Source: Oculina patagonica
Taxonomy: Eukaryota
Length of the DNA: 64,000 bases
Assembly (NCBI RefSeq): GCF_052425735.1
Contig: NC_135761.1
Location: forward strand, 36,952,001-37,016,000
Direction of reading: 5' to 3'
The position numbers and the translations under genes are program-made. The first letter of the stretch is position 1, and each line of letters opens with the position of its first letter. Shown one piece after another: positions 36,501-49,733 of this stretch. The notes beneath the pieces are model-generated. The model was not told the origin of the DNA, did not search any database, and worked only from the letters and a program-made list of their open reading frames with translations.

Positions 36501-39500
36501 ATCAGTGACTCATGTAGGCAGATAATTTTGATAACTAGGTTTCGATCAGTTCAGATTAAATCTAAATATTTTAAAATTAGTATATTTCTGTTAGTTATTA
36601 AAAAATCAAAGTTAGAAACATGTAGACTGCACTTTGGATTTAATAGCGGAGCTCGCACGGCGCCGAAGGCGGAGCCCCATTGGTTCATGCGGACAAAGCA
36701 GATAAACTGAAACCCGTCAAGCCGAAAAAGTTTGGTAGTCACGTGACCTTCCGTCCGTCTGTCCGTCCGTCCGTCCGCCCTGATTAGGACTGGGGATGAG
36801 TTTGTCTTCCGGGGAGCCCGCGTTTGTTGGTGGGAAAATGTAGTAGGCAAAGATTTTCAATTTTTAATTTTGCAAAGAAGCTTTCAAAACGACTTCAGTC
36901 TCTAGATTCAATACGTTTATTCAGCCGGTCTGAAGTTTCAAACACGAGAAAAACTTATTTTTTCTAATCTCTTGTTGTGTCGATGTTGACAAACGAGAGT
37001 AGAGCGAATTGAACTTCGGGGAGAAAAGCGATCCGCGACGTGAATAGTAGCGAACAACAACGACAAAGAGAGCATGAAAGAGCCCAGCAAAAGAGCTGAA
37101 AAGAGGCAACGAAGTAGCGAGGAGCATCGCGAGAGAGAAAAACAAAGAGAGTTCAGAAAAAAAACGAGCGACGTTTTGGAGAATGTGAGTATTAAAAGTT
37201 AAGTTATAAAATAATAGGCTTATTCATTTATGGAAAATTTGTCTTGTCAACGTTCTTACTTCGGAGTTTAGAGTTTTCAAAGTAAATGATTAATCAGCAC
37301 CATATGCTAGCATTTTTCAACTGACTAGTAGGCATTCGCTTCTCAAATGTCGAGGATTTTGCCTGGTTACTTTCCCTTAGCTTGCTGAACTGTTTGTAGT
37401 TTAGTTAAATCGAGAAACAGGTCTCTTCTCAAATTTGGTGTTTCCGGAAAGAGGTAGATTTATTTGCGTTTCACAATGTAAATAGTTTACTTAGAAATGT
37501 TTTTATCGATGAAATGTCACCCAAAGTACATGTATTTGGACTCTAATTCCAGTTTCATTGGTACTGTCTGAGAACTACTTTCGTCTTCATTTTTTCAAGA
37601 GCCATTACAATGTAAACATAGGATAGCAAATACACAACAGACAAGTTATTCACTCTACATTACTGAAGCTTATGAAGTAATTCAAGCTGATGTCAAGGGT
37701 TAGATTTCCATGGTTAAATACTAAAAGTGGCAGGAGTTGCCCAATGAACAGATATCAAAACAATTAAAATTCATTAGATGATAATTTGTGCTTTTTTGTG
37801 TAAAGTATGGCACATACGCAGTGTAAAAACAATTGTAGAGTTTTCTGTTTGTTTTGGAGCCATTGTTTTCCTCTAAGAGAATACCAACAAGAAAGAACAG
37901 CATGACCTTTGTAATTTAAAAATGAAACTTATTCAACCCCTTGGGAACTGAGGGATTTTAATTTAGTCTTTAATACATATTCTAAAATGACTTGTGCATC
38001 TCATTTTATCTCTAATGTACCTGTTCATTTATGCATGCAACTGACAACATGGACAAACAAACACTGGGTAGTGTCTGTATTTGAAAAATCCAGTCAACCC
38101 CATGGGATAGCTTAGGAGAACATTTCATACCTAAGGCATTACCTTCTTGCTTTTTTGTTGTTTTTTTTTTTTGGGGGGGGGGGGTGCTGCCCAAGAAAAT
38201 TTTACAAATTTTGGCCTTTTCGAGTGCATTTCCCACATTCTGACACCAACATATAAAAACATTTTGAGGGCATTGACATTCAGTTATTTTATCTGAATAA
38301 AAAGCAGTGTTTTCAGGAGAAAAAATACATGCACCATATGTGTTTATTTGGTGCGAACAGGTGTAATGTTTTTGCGAGTTAAAAGGGGAGGCGAAAGACG
38401 GGGCGTAATAGTATATTAAGGCTATTTTTTATCGTTGCAATTTTTTTTTAACACTCATACATATGCATATTGCACAATAGCCTGTGGCATGGCTTGGATG
38501 TACATGTACCATAGCTAGTTTTAAATAAATGTAATGTATTGTGACTTTTTTAGATATAAAACATAACTTTATTTGTTGACAACAAGCTACTTAAAATAAA
38601 CTAAATACATTATGCTACTTAGAACAGAAGAAGATAATTACATTTCCTTTATAAGAATAAGTTAACAGTAAAAATTATTGTTTCCTTGCAATTCTGCCTC
38701 TATTGAGGAATTTAGTACACAATTTACATGTAAAAGCAAATGTAAATAAACTGTTATCATTGCTCAAGAAAAGAGGGGGCAGGGGAGGGGTTTGAGGGCA
38801 AAAACCTAACAAGATCTGCTACCTGACCCGACAAATTACTGGAATTAATACTTGTAATGATTTTGTGGGAGAAGTGCAAATTGACCTGTTTATCTTGTTG
38901 TGGTACTAGGCAAATGTAGAAAGAAAACCTGAATTCAGCTGAAATTTCTCATAAAAGCAAAGACTTACTAAACTTTTAGAGCTGCTAAGGCTAGAAAAGA
39001 CAGCTGGGCTTGTTGATGTGCCCGCAAAGTGTCTCTTAGCTACATCCCTGATAAAAGTTTTGGGGAGAATATGCAAGCCTTTATGAAGTTAATCAGACAG
39101 TGCTTTCAGCAGCACCTGTCAGAGAGTAACATAAAAGTCTTAAGATACCTCATTTTAAAGGGAACTCATGAATTTTAGCCAGTGGCTCACCAAAACACTC
39201 ACCAAAGCCCTGACATGTGCCGGGTCTTATAAAAAGCACTAATAATGTTTTCAGTAGGTTGAAAGCAGTTGTGCTGATATACTCACTGTGAAAGGATTTT
39301 TTTTTGGTTCTGAACATATCCCTCAACACAGTCCCTGGCCCAGCCAAAAATTGGAAAAATATTTCCCTATACATTGTATCTGTAGATCAGTGTTTTGAAT
39401 AACTTTGGAATTATAAATATTAATGCCAATGATAATCAACAAAATTTTATCTGTCTTTTTTGCCTTTTTCAGGGTTAACACAAGTACCAGATAGCTGCAG

Positions 39501-40049
39501 GGACAGGGAGAGATAAATGAACAATCAAATTATTATATTATCTCTTAATTGCATGTACAACTAATACTTAATGTACTTAAATATGGACAGGTGTAATTTT
39601 AAAGTTAATGAAAAAAAGCCAGTTGTGGTACAATCATGTATATTTCTTAAAGGATTTCTGATAGCACAACATAAAAATTATCCTTAATTCTCAGTGCTCA
39701 CACTGTGAAGAACAGTAATAAATGAGAAACACAGTTCATTAATCTCAAAATTCAGTAACATTGTATGTTGCAATACAATAATTAACTGATGAAATATTTA
39801 TTTTTCCTAGGCAAATTTTGACTTTACCAAAACCAAACTATACACAGCTATAGATTGTATTATGTGTAAATAAGTGAAAGGAGAAAGGAACAATACTCAT
39901 TTAATTAGGGAAGAAGGTGCTATGGTTTTGGGGGACCCTACATGTACATGTATTTGTCAGAATATACAGAATGTCACTATTTTGGCTTGCAGCTAGCTTT
40001 TAGTCTGGTGTGCTAGCAGAAAGCTGTTATTTTTGGTATTGGGCAATAA

Positions 40050-40320
40050 TTAACAATTATTCATCGTAGTGGAGATGAATATTGTTGGATATTTACCGAG
40101 CCGCGAAGCGGTAAATATCCACCACATTCACCAACGCTGAAGTAAATAATTGTTTTAATATGTACCACACAAGTTGAATAACAAGCAAACAAAGCGATGC
40201 ACGAAGGCAGTTTGTTTTTCTTAGCTGTAATGAGGTCAAAAGTACTTTGCAAATCACCTCCGAGTTAACCAATCAGCGTGCACGAAAAGCACTACATTGT
40301 ATTCACTTGTGTTGTATAAT
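40050..40320. mobile_element. Non-autonomous interspersed repeat (Crypton-like) nested in the Helentron
   Basis: Palindromic AACAATTATTCA...GGATATTTACCG-AGCCGCGAAG-CGGTAAATATCC...AATAATTGTT head, then AACCAATCAGCGTGC. Confidence 0.45.
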
Positions 40321-41377
40321 TATAATAACTTTTGTCACCGTTCTATGACAAAGGGTGCCCATTTGGGGGGGGGGTGGGAAGGGGAGGGAAGGTGCATGTA
40401 AAACTTTCCAGTTGTATGCTATGTGTACAGCTGGAACATACCAGCCAGAACTAGAACAACATTTTCTTTGTTTTATCTCCTCTTTGAGAGTTTAACCTTG
40501 GACATACATGTACATGGAGGGGGGGGGGAGTGGATGCCACCCCCCTCCAAACTTTTTTTAAAAAAATTTTGAATTTAATTTTCGATTAAACGCGCAGGCA
40601 AGGCAACGCGCAGGCAAGGCCAGCGCTTATATGAGGGTGTCGTTTATTTCAAATTCAATTTTATTCTTGCTAACAATAGTATGGTAACTGAACATTTGAA
40701 TTTTAAAAACAGAAAAATGTTTTTAGTGCTCATCTGAAAAGGCTTTAATCAAGGAAAATATTTCTTTTGAGCCTTGGTTCAAACTTGATTACTATTGCAT
40801 TTGCTTTTTGACTCTATTATTGGAATAAACGCCACATCATGATGCAGCGTGTATTTAAGGGCGGCGTCCATTAATATTTGTGCCCTTATCTGCGGCGATT
40901 ATTCGAGGGAGGCGTTTAATCGAATAAATACGGTACTCTACAATGCTGAATTTTTCAGTAGTTGTTCATTCATACCTTGCAAAAATTTTCATGTGTTAAA
41001 TCATATGTTCATGATATTTGATGTTGCCATGGCAATGCCATAATTATAATGAGGTCTGGCGAAAAATCGTCATGTTTAACATTTTTCTTTCTTTTTTTTT
41101 TCATTTTGTTTTTAAACAAAATGGTACGATTTGATTTGTTTTGCATTCCATAAGCATTCTAGCTTGATTTTGCATCAAGATGACAGCTATATTGACGTCA
41201 CAGCCAACAAAAATTATGTCATCTTGTGGAGTACGCTACGGGCTTTCTACTCAGTGCACAAGTACATGTATTTCACTGCACCTTAATAGGATGAAAACTC
41301 TGGGGAGGGTCTCCAAGCCCCCCCCCCCCAACCCCTTATACGATGGTGGGAGTACAGATGATGGTGATGGTCTTGTA

Positions 41378-41554
41378 CAGTTGGATCCCAATAACTCGAA
41401 CCTTAAGGGAAATCGAAAATGGTTCGAAATATCAGAGGTTTGAGTTAGCGAGGGTAAAATTATTTTAAAAAATTGACCTTAAGGGGAATTCGAAAAGGTT
41501 CCAGTTAGTGAGAGGTTAAAGTTTTTGTGAGTTCGAGTTGTCGAGATTCAACTG
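41378..41554. mobile_element. Tc1/mariner (pogo-like) MITE nested in the Helentron
   Basis: TA-CAGTTGGATCCCAATAACTCGAAC...GTTCGAGTTGTCGAGATTCAACTG-TA. Confidence 0.8.
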
Positions 41555-41989
41555 TACATCCGAGGGTTAAGAAAAGTTACTGCTAATTGATAATCCTTTT
41601 TTAATTGATCAATTATTATAACATGAATAAAAAAATCGGTCTAAAAAAGTATAAAGGGCAAATAACCGGGGAGCTCCGCTTTTAGGCTTGCCTAAATCTA
41701 TATATTATTTTTTCACTTAAATGCACTGAATCAAGTGGAGTCTATGGTCACTAGTGATCATAAAAAATGCATGATTGTAGGTCTACTGTATTATCACCTC
41801 ATCAAAATGTCCTTCTTGGGCGAAACACCCTACAGCTATTGCAAAGAAGCATTTGTTAAAGCCTTTTTTCTCTTTTTGAACTAATACAAATAAATGATAT
41901 TTTTAAAATCTGAGGTTAGTTGCACTTTAAGCAGGCTTGAACTAACATGTCTCAGACATCCTCAATGTATCTTTCTTTATCTGTCTCGA

Positions 41990-42150
41990 CGACAGAGCAA
42001 AGCAAGCCTATTTACACTCTCCACAAGCAGGAGAACAAAGTGGACCAAACTTTACGGAACTGCATCTTCTGGTGCTACAGTTGCTCTTATAGTTGCAGTT
42101 GATTGCTTTTAGCAGGTACACTGGAGCTGGTGGCATGTCCGTCTGAACTC
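41990..42150 (-). pseudogene. Cys-rich (CXC/Cys8) C-terminal motif of the AcademX-transposase type
   Basis: TDMPPAPVYLLKAINCNYKSNCSTRRCSSVKFGPLCSPACGECK. The second copy at 46988-47110 reads NCNCKSNCSTRRCSCVKFGLLCSLACGECK. Confidence 0.6.
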
Positions 42151-42533
42151 AATCTAATTAACGATTCAGACTCCAACATCTTTTCTACTCTGGTCTTCCA
42201 TCAAATGCAGACACCCCTTAAGTTGAGTGTTTTTCTCTGTGTAAGACTTTTGATTTGTGCCTTAAATTGCTCACACCTGGAGCACCTTTCCTCCATTCCA
42301 TTCTCTTCCTCTTAATTGGTTGTCTTCTCAGCACCTCCACTACAGGTGCCTTCTTCATCAAACCCTTTAGAATGTTACAAGAAAAAATAATTAATATTAA
42401 ATGCTTTATACTAGAAATATTCAGAATGTGCGTGCCAAAGCGTTACGTTTAATAATATTTGCAAATGGAATCATCGAAATTTGTAAGAAATCTTAAGCCA
42501 AAATAAGGCAGAAAGTATTTCAAAACTCTTTGT

Positions 42534-43170
42534 TTAATCCCAGTCTGAATTGCTCGTGATAAAATGGACGTGACGACACTTAATAGGCTTCACACTTGAA
42601 ATGGCTGATCTTGAAGACTTGCAGCTCCTGAAGTTGAATGAAACCCTGCAGTAGTTGAAAGTATTCAACAGATTTTGCTCTTGAGCTCTCATTATTGCCA
42701 GATTAAGCAATGTGAAACTATGTTGTAATCCAAGCGCTGATGAATTTGGCATCAAAATCGGTTGCAATGGCATTCACGCTCTCGGTGGTTAAAGAAATTG
42801 AGCTAAAGACCCAAGCAGCACTTATTGGCCATACACCTCTCTGGATACTGTCGGTTGTGGATTTATGCTATTCCTTCTAAAATGGCATACTTGTCGTTGT
42901 TGTCTAATGACCTAATGGTCTTGGGTCCGGTGACCTTTACAGTTGCTGACCATTCAAAGTTCACTTTCTTCTTTTTAGCTCACAACCATTTTGCGAGCGA
43001 TGTGGTTGGTAAACTTTTTGTTGCGGCTCTCAAGAATAGTGGCGGCTCTCAAGAATAGTGTTTGCAACAATGCTCGTTATCATATCATCTACGTTGTTTT
43101 GGTTGTACTTTATAAACCACATGTTGTTATCTGGCTTTCTGGCAAAATGGTGGTTTCCATGATTTCTATT
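42534..43170 (-). pseudogene. Crypton-type tyrosine recombinase C-terminal relic
   Basis: Across frames: KPDNNMWFIK..., FTNHIARKMVVS (HxxR), VKVTGPKTIRSLDN (TGH..SL..Y-like), and the tail TFNYCRVSFNF...SNSDWD*. A 19-bp duplication lies at 43023-43059. Confidence 0.7.
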
Positions 43171-43547
43171 TTATAGGCTGTTAAGTTTCATACATACATC
43201 GTTGTGGACATTGCCTGTAATTAAAGCAGTTGCTTCTCGCAAGAAATAGTCATAACTTGTAGTTAAATAGTTTTTGAGTGTGCAAAAATAATCACTGATG
43301 ATTAACTACACAAGCCTTACTGCCAACTTTATTTTTTAAAAATCAAATGACAAGATGAATGGAAAAGTTAAGCTTTATCAGTAAAAATAACATAACTTGA
43401 TGTACCTTATGTCTTTCGTTATTTCTCTTTCTTTAACTTGAGGAATTTTTTCTTTCTGAGTGATATTAAATAAATGTATTTAAAAATCATTAGTACCAAA
43501 CCTGTGGAAAAAATTAGGAGTAGCCCATTGCAAGTTGGTTTTTCTCA

Positions 43548-43990
43548 TTAATATTTGGCTCGCTCAATTGCAAGTTTAGTTATAACTGATATCTCTCCAT
43601 GTGGCAATTGGTTCTGCCAAGGTTGTTTCAGGTTTAGGTACAGGAGCTCGTACATCACCATTCTGAATAAGTAGACATCTCTGCATATTTTCGGTGGTAC
43701 CAAATTGCGAACTAAGTATTCAGGTGGCATAAATGCAGCTGTTCCTGCTACACTTTCAGTAAGTCTGCAACGCAGACCTTGCGGTAGTTGTAATGGACCT
43801 GTGTGTTTCACCAAAGTCTTTAAGCTTAATTATTACCAATCGTCGTCCTTGCCTCTTACAAGTGCATTCACACTCTTAAGATTGCAGAGTGTGGGCCGCA
43901 TGGCTCGTGGCTTCCCTTTTTATTTTAATTCGATTTGATAAATATTGTAGCCGTATAGAAGTGATCTTGATCTTAATCCAGGGGTCTGAA
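43548..43990 (-). pseudogene. TKL/RIPK-like protein kinase relic (subdomains VI-X)
   Basis: LQYL, NLKSVNALV, IKLKDFGE, VAGTAAFMPPEYL and DVYLFRMVMYELL, with frameshifts. Confidence 0.75.
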
Positions 43991-46900
43991 AATATCACAC
44001 CTTGCAAAGACCTCCATTTAAAAATCAAAACGATCTATTTTGAAACAGCAAATAATTATACTATCAAAATATTGATAGATATACACTTTTTGAATGGTTA
44101 TTTTCTAAGTTTGAATTTATATTAAAAATATAGTGTGCATTAGATTGAGTCATTTCACGCAGGGAAAAATTAACAAAATTGAGGGCCTAAAATCATTTCC
44201 TGGTAAATGAGCTAAGTTAAAGAAACTGATACCACGTGAGAGAGTATTGTTTCATTGTTAAAAATTCGTTTCAAAACCACGGGCAACTAAAAAAACGATT
44301 TTTAACAGCCCGAAATGAAAGTAGTGCTTTTGTGAAATTTAAGCTTTGCGGCGACAGCTTCATGATGCTAAAAACTCACAAAAGCATAACAAATAAACAT
44401 ATTCAAACAACGCAGCTTTACGAAAACTTGTGAATAGGTACCAGGACATATCCGCCAGACTATTTTGCGTGATGTGGTATCATTTTTAAAGATATAAAAA
44501 ACATTTTAGCCGTTTTTGACCACAAGTACCAAAGTAACAGAAACTAAACACAGATCATGCAGCATTTGTCAAGGTTAAAGCACTCTTTATCAGATCAAAT
44601 TGAAATAAATGAATTTGATTTGTAAGACAGATAACAACAGCTATAATCAAATAATGTTCATACCTTATAATAAGTAATCGTAGCACCCTGGAACCTCTAA
44701 AAAGCCCATTGAAAACAACATCTATTCTTTGCTGGTTTGATCAACTGTGCTTGTTGTTGCCTTGCGTTACATAATGGATAAACCGCTGACAAGCTATTAT
44801 ATTCTGGGGGCTTGGTTCTACAGAAGAATGTTTACCCTTGCAGTCTTCTAAACCAAGTCCAAGACCAAGGTATATTCTTTCCCGCTGCAATGTTGTATGC
44901 CTTCCATACAGTGACACAGTCCTCTTGGTAAAACTCAAAAGAATAACAAATGGATGAAAAAGGTGTATATTAACACTGGGACTCCAATACAATAGTCATG
45001 GGATAGGTTGTCAGCAATGTTTTTAGAAAATACCATAATCATTTGCACTTGAATCCATTCACGTGTAATTGTCCTATACTACAGGGCACATAAACTGTTC
45101 ATTAACACAGGCAAGATAAAACTATTAATGTTAAGCATGATGGCATCATGTCATGAAATGTTAAAATTCCTCAAATAAAACTGATGCAGTGTTAATTGTT
45201 CCTAATGGTTACAATTTAAAAGGGTTTATGGGTGGAAGGAAGTTAACTAAAGCACAAATCATATCGACAATGTCACTTGCACTTACTAGAGCTTACAACT
45301 ATGAAAAAGAAATAAATAGACAGCATCCAAACAGTTCACGAACCTCTGTTGACTCTGTCCATATATATTAAAGATATGATAGCTTACCTCAATAGCCATA
45401 ATCCATCCCTTCCATTTCTGCCATTGCTGATTCGATTCTCCTTTTAATCCTGTGTATGGAATCTTCATTGCACTTTACTTCCCACACACAAGGGATAAAT
45501 GCGCCATGTTTGATGCACCAGAGTTGTCTTTGTCGTTGTGGGCTTGCCTGATATGGTTCTAGCACACCAACAAAAATATAGCAGGTAAATTAACTTAAAT
45601 TCGTGCTACATCTCGGTTCATGTAAAACTTAATGTGTTTATAAACTTGGTAGTCTTGGCATTTCTGGAGAAAATTGTTTCAGTTAAAGATAAGTACTCTA
45701 TTACTGTGCATTTAAATATAGGTAATGTGACCGATTCATATGAAATAAACTATAATTCAAGTAATTAAGTACCATTAAGTACCAAACGGTTCACTCAATA
45801 AATCCAACAATCACATTTTTAATATATTTAACGACTGGTGTGCCAGCAAACTGACATAGTTCGGCCGGCATTTCCGGCATTATTTTGGGACTGTGAGTTG
45901 TTGATCTCTAAATTGATTCTTGAACTCTTAAATGTAGACAACTTACCCTTCAATGGGGTACATTTTCCCACAGTCCAAAAGGTGTTTTAGTTCCCTATTT
46001 AAAAAGTATTGCACCCGGCCAATCTGTCTTCCAGCAACTTGTCTCAAAGTGTGTGTTTTTGCTCCTCGATAGGAGTGGCACATCTAGAAGTGTCCCAGGT
46101 ATTTAAATAAATATTAAAGTAAATTAATATAAAGAGAGGAAAAGGGGCTCAGAATTTAAGCCAAACCAACAAAATGCCATTTTTCCAGCCAGTAGGATAC
46201 AATTTCTTTGTCTCTGGCCCTATCCAGGAAGGTTCGTACTTAGAGCCTCGGTTGTACTCTTTTATTTTTTCTTTTGAAATCTTTTTTTCTTTTTTTTGCA
46301 GGGGCTTTTACCACAGGCTGTGTAATATATTTTTGACTTGCGTGTAACCAAAGACAAACAGCAGGCTATAATACAATAATTAGTATCCTTTTTGTCAAAA
46401 TGTTGTTCTTTTTTAAGTACCTTTAATTTGTTGTTACTTATATAGGGAGGACTATTTGTATTTTTGGGAGGGGATGTGCTGCTGGGATTGTGAAACCCTT
46501 ACCCTATACCAGACCATGTTAAGCTGGTTTTGCAACTCTGTATTAGACTGTTTTTAGTGAAAATCCATCTTTGAACAACATTTCTGTTTAGGAACTACTG
46601 CTGATCAGTTTCCCAGCAAATGACTTCCTATACTAAAAAAAAAACATACCCATTCCTTTCACAGCAGCACATACCCATAATAATAATTTACATCTGGGAG
46701 TGCCCTCACCCTATGAGAATTCTTTTTGGCTTACATGAACAATAATTCATGTAAATTATACATAATGAGTTTTACATCCTGTAAAATTTATGACTTTGAA
46801 TTATATTATTCAATAGAAAAGTAGATCGGGTCCAGGTAAATTTTTCTCCAGATAATTGAAAACATGTTTTTAAAAACAGAAACGAAGGTTAAAAACAACT

Positions 46901-49110
46901 TCGAGCGCTCAAAAGCATACAAAAGGACATAGACATCCTCAATGTAACTTTCTTTATCTGTCTCGACGACATTAGAGCAAAGCAAGCCTATTTACACTCT
47001 CCACAAGCAAGAGAACAAAGTAGACCAAATTTTACGCAACTGCATCTTCTGGTGCTACAGTTGCTCTTGCAGTTGCAGTTGATTGCTTCTAGCAGGTACA
47101 CTGGAGTTTGGCCTTCCATCAAATGCAGACGCCCCTTAAGTTGAGTGTTTTTCTCTGTCAGACTTTTGATTTGTGCCTCAAATTGCTCACACCTGGAACA
47201 CCTTTCCTCCATTCCATTCTCTTCCTCTTAATTGGTTGTCTTCTCAGCACCTCCACTACAGGTGCCTTCTTCATCAAACCCTTTAGAATGTTACAAGAAA
47301 AAATAATTAATATTAAATGCTTTATACTAGAAATATTCAGAATATGCGTGTCAAAGCGTTACGTTTAATAATATTTGCAAATGAAATCATCGAAATTTGT
47401 AAGAAATCTCAAGCCAAAATAAGGCAGAAAGTATTTCAAAACTCTTTGTTTAATCCCAGTCTGAATTGCTCGTGATTAAATGGACATGACGACACTTAAT
47501 AGACACTTAATTCTCCTTTTAATCCTGTCTATGGAATCTTCATTGCACTTTACTTCCCACACACAAGGGATAAATGCGCCATGTTTGATGCACCAGAGTT
47601 GTCTTTGTCGTTGTGGGCTTGCCTGATATGGTTCTAGCACACCAACAAAAATATAGCAGGTAAATTAACTTAAATTCGTGCTACATCTCGGTTCATGTAA
47701 AACTTAATGTGTTTGTAAACTTGGTAGTCTTGGCATTTCTGGAGAAAATTGTTTCAGTTAAAGATAAGTACTCTATTACTGTGCATTTAAATATAGGTAA
47801 TGTGACCGATTCATATGAAATAAACTATAATTCAAGTAATTAAGTACCATTAAGTACCAAACGGTTCACTCAATAAATCCAACAATCACATTTTTAATAT
47901 ATTTAACGACTGGTGTGCCAGCAAACTGACATAGTTCGGCCGGCATTTCCAGATATATTTTGGGACCGTGAGTTGTTGATCTCTAAATTGATTCTTGAAC
48001 TCTTAAATGTAGACAACTTACCCTCACGGCTTCAATGGGGTACATTTTCCCACAGTCCAAAAGGTGTTTTAGTTCCCTATTTAAAAAGTATTGCACCCGG
48101 CCAATCTGTCTTCCAACAACTTGTCTCAAAGTGTGTGTTTTTGCTCCTCGATAGGAGTGGCACATCTAGAAGTGTCCCAGGTATTTAAATAAATATTAAA
48201 GTAAATTAATATAAAGAGAGGAAAAGGGGCTCAGAATTTAAGCCAAACCAACAAAATGCCATTTTTCCAGCCAGTAGGATACAATTTCTTTGTCTCGGGC
48301 CCTATCCAGGAAGGTTCGTACTTAGAGCCTCGGTTGTACTCTTTTATTTTTTCTTTTGAAATCTTTTTTCTTTTTTTTGCAGGGGCTTTTACCACAGGCT
48401 GTGTAATATATTTTTGACTTGCGTGTAACCAAAGACAAACAGCAGGCTATAATACAATAATTAGTATCCTTTTTGTCAAAATGTTGTTCTTTTTTAAGTA
48501 CCTTTAATTTGTTGTTACTTATATAGGGAGGACTATTTGTATTTTTGGGAGGGGATGTGCTGCTGGGATTGTGAAACCCTTACCCTATACCAGACCATGT
48601 TAAGCTGGTTTTGCAACTCTGTATTAGACTGTTTTTAGTGAAAATCCATCTTTGAACAACATTTCTGTTTAGGAACTACTGCTGATCAGTTTCCCAGCAA
48701 ATGACTTCCTATACTAAAAAAAAACATACCCATTCCTTTCACAGCAGCACATACCCATAATAATAATTTACATCTGGGAGTGCCCTCACCCTATGAGAAT
48801 TCTTTTTGGCTTACATGAACAATAATTCATGTAAATTATACATAATGAGTTTTACATCCTGTAAAATTTATGACTTTGAATTATATTATTCAATAGAAAA
48901 GTAGATCGGGTCCAGGTAAATTTTTTTCCAGATAATTGAAAACATGTTTTTTAAATGGTCATTGGCCGAATAGTATTTATAATTTTTCACCAATATAATA
49001 AATGAAATTGCCTGTCAAGTCTTCATATTCATGTGTTTATGTTCAGCAAAAATAGTTTTCATCACGTACAAACTACAGCTATAATTAAGTCTACTTGGAA
49101 AAAATCTGAC

Positions 49111-49733
49111 CTGTAAAGCAGCTACTTCCTCTTTTAATTTTGTGCACTTGGCACGGTCGCCGATGGTTTTTAGTGCCGCTCTTAGGTCTGTGGTACTTGT
49201 GCCCAAGAATGAAAATTTGTTAATCTGGTGATAAAAATTAAAGGGTCAATGGGTAATTTAATGGTCAATTTATAAAGGGTTTAAAATGTGTAACTGTATG
49301 CAACATGGTCTCACCTGACACTACGTTTCAAAAATACACTCAACAAAACATGCAAAACATGTGTCTTACAGATAATTTACACACCTGCGAGTGTTTGTGC
49401 CAGTGAGGGGCACGTCAGGCGTACAAAGCTGGCAAATTCTTTGACGCCCATCAAGTCAACCTCCTTGCCACTGTCGACCTGTGTTTAAAGAAATGTTTTC
49501 ACCAGTCACGGTAAGGGCAATGAACTTTCATGGCTAAAATTTGTTAATTAGATGATTTCTCATAAGCTGAATAGTAAAATGAATAACTCGTACCTCAGGC
49601 CACAAGGAGAGCTGTGGAAGGGTAAGAGTTTGAAACCAGTTTTTAAAGCGGAATTTTGGGCCCAGAAGTGGAAATAAGTCTTCAAAATCGGCCTCCTTCA
49701 GGCAACAGAATGCCTTCCCGTCCATGTCGTCAG
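49111..49733 (-). pseudogene. Three spliced exons encoding tandem SAM-like domains
   Basis: Exons with GT-AG signals at 49594-49733 (DDMDGKAFCCLKEADFEDLFPLLGPKFRF), 49385-49478 and 49111-49224 (INKFSFLGTSTTDLRAALKTIGDRAK). The last acceptor is out of phase. Confidence 0.55.

Larger units (their letters stand above)
36642..41706 (+). mobile_element. Non-autonomous Helentron (HINE/DINE-1-like), ~5.07 kb
   Basis: 5' subTIR AATAGCGGAGCTC (36642-36654); (TCCG)n microsatellite at 36750-36777; 3' subTIR GAGCTCCGCTTTT (41671-41683) overlapping the hairpin TTTAGGC-TT-GCCTAAA; T-rich flanks. Confidence 0.8.
41954..48955. repeat. Tandem duplication A-X-B / A'-B'
   Basis: A (41954-42583) matches A' (46931-47502), and B (45435-46874) matches B' (47510-48955). 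X (42584-45434) is missing from the second copy. Confidence 0.92.
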
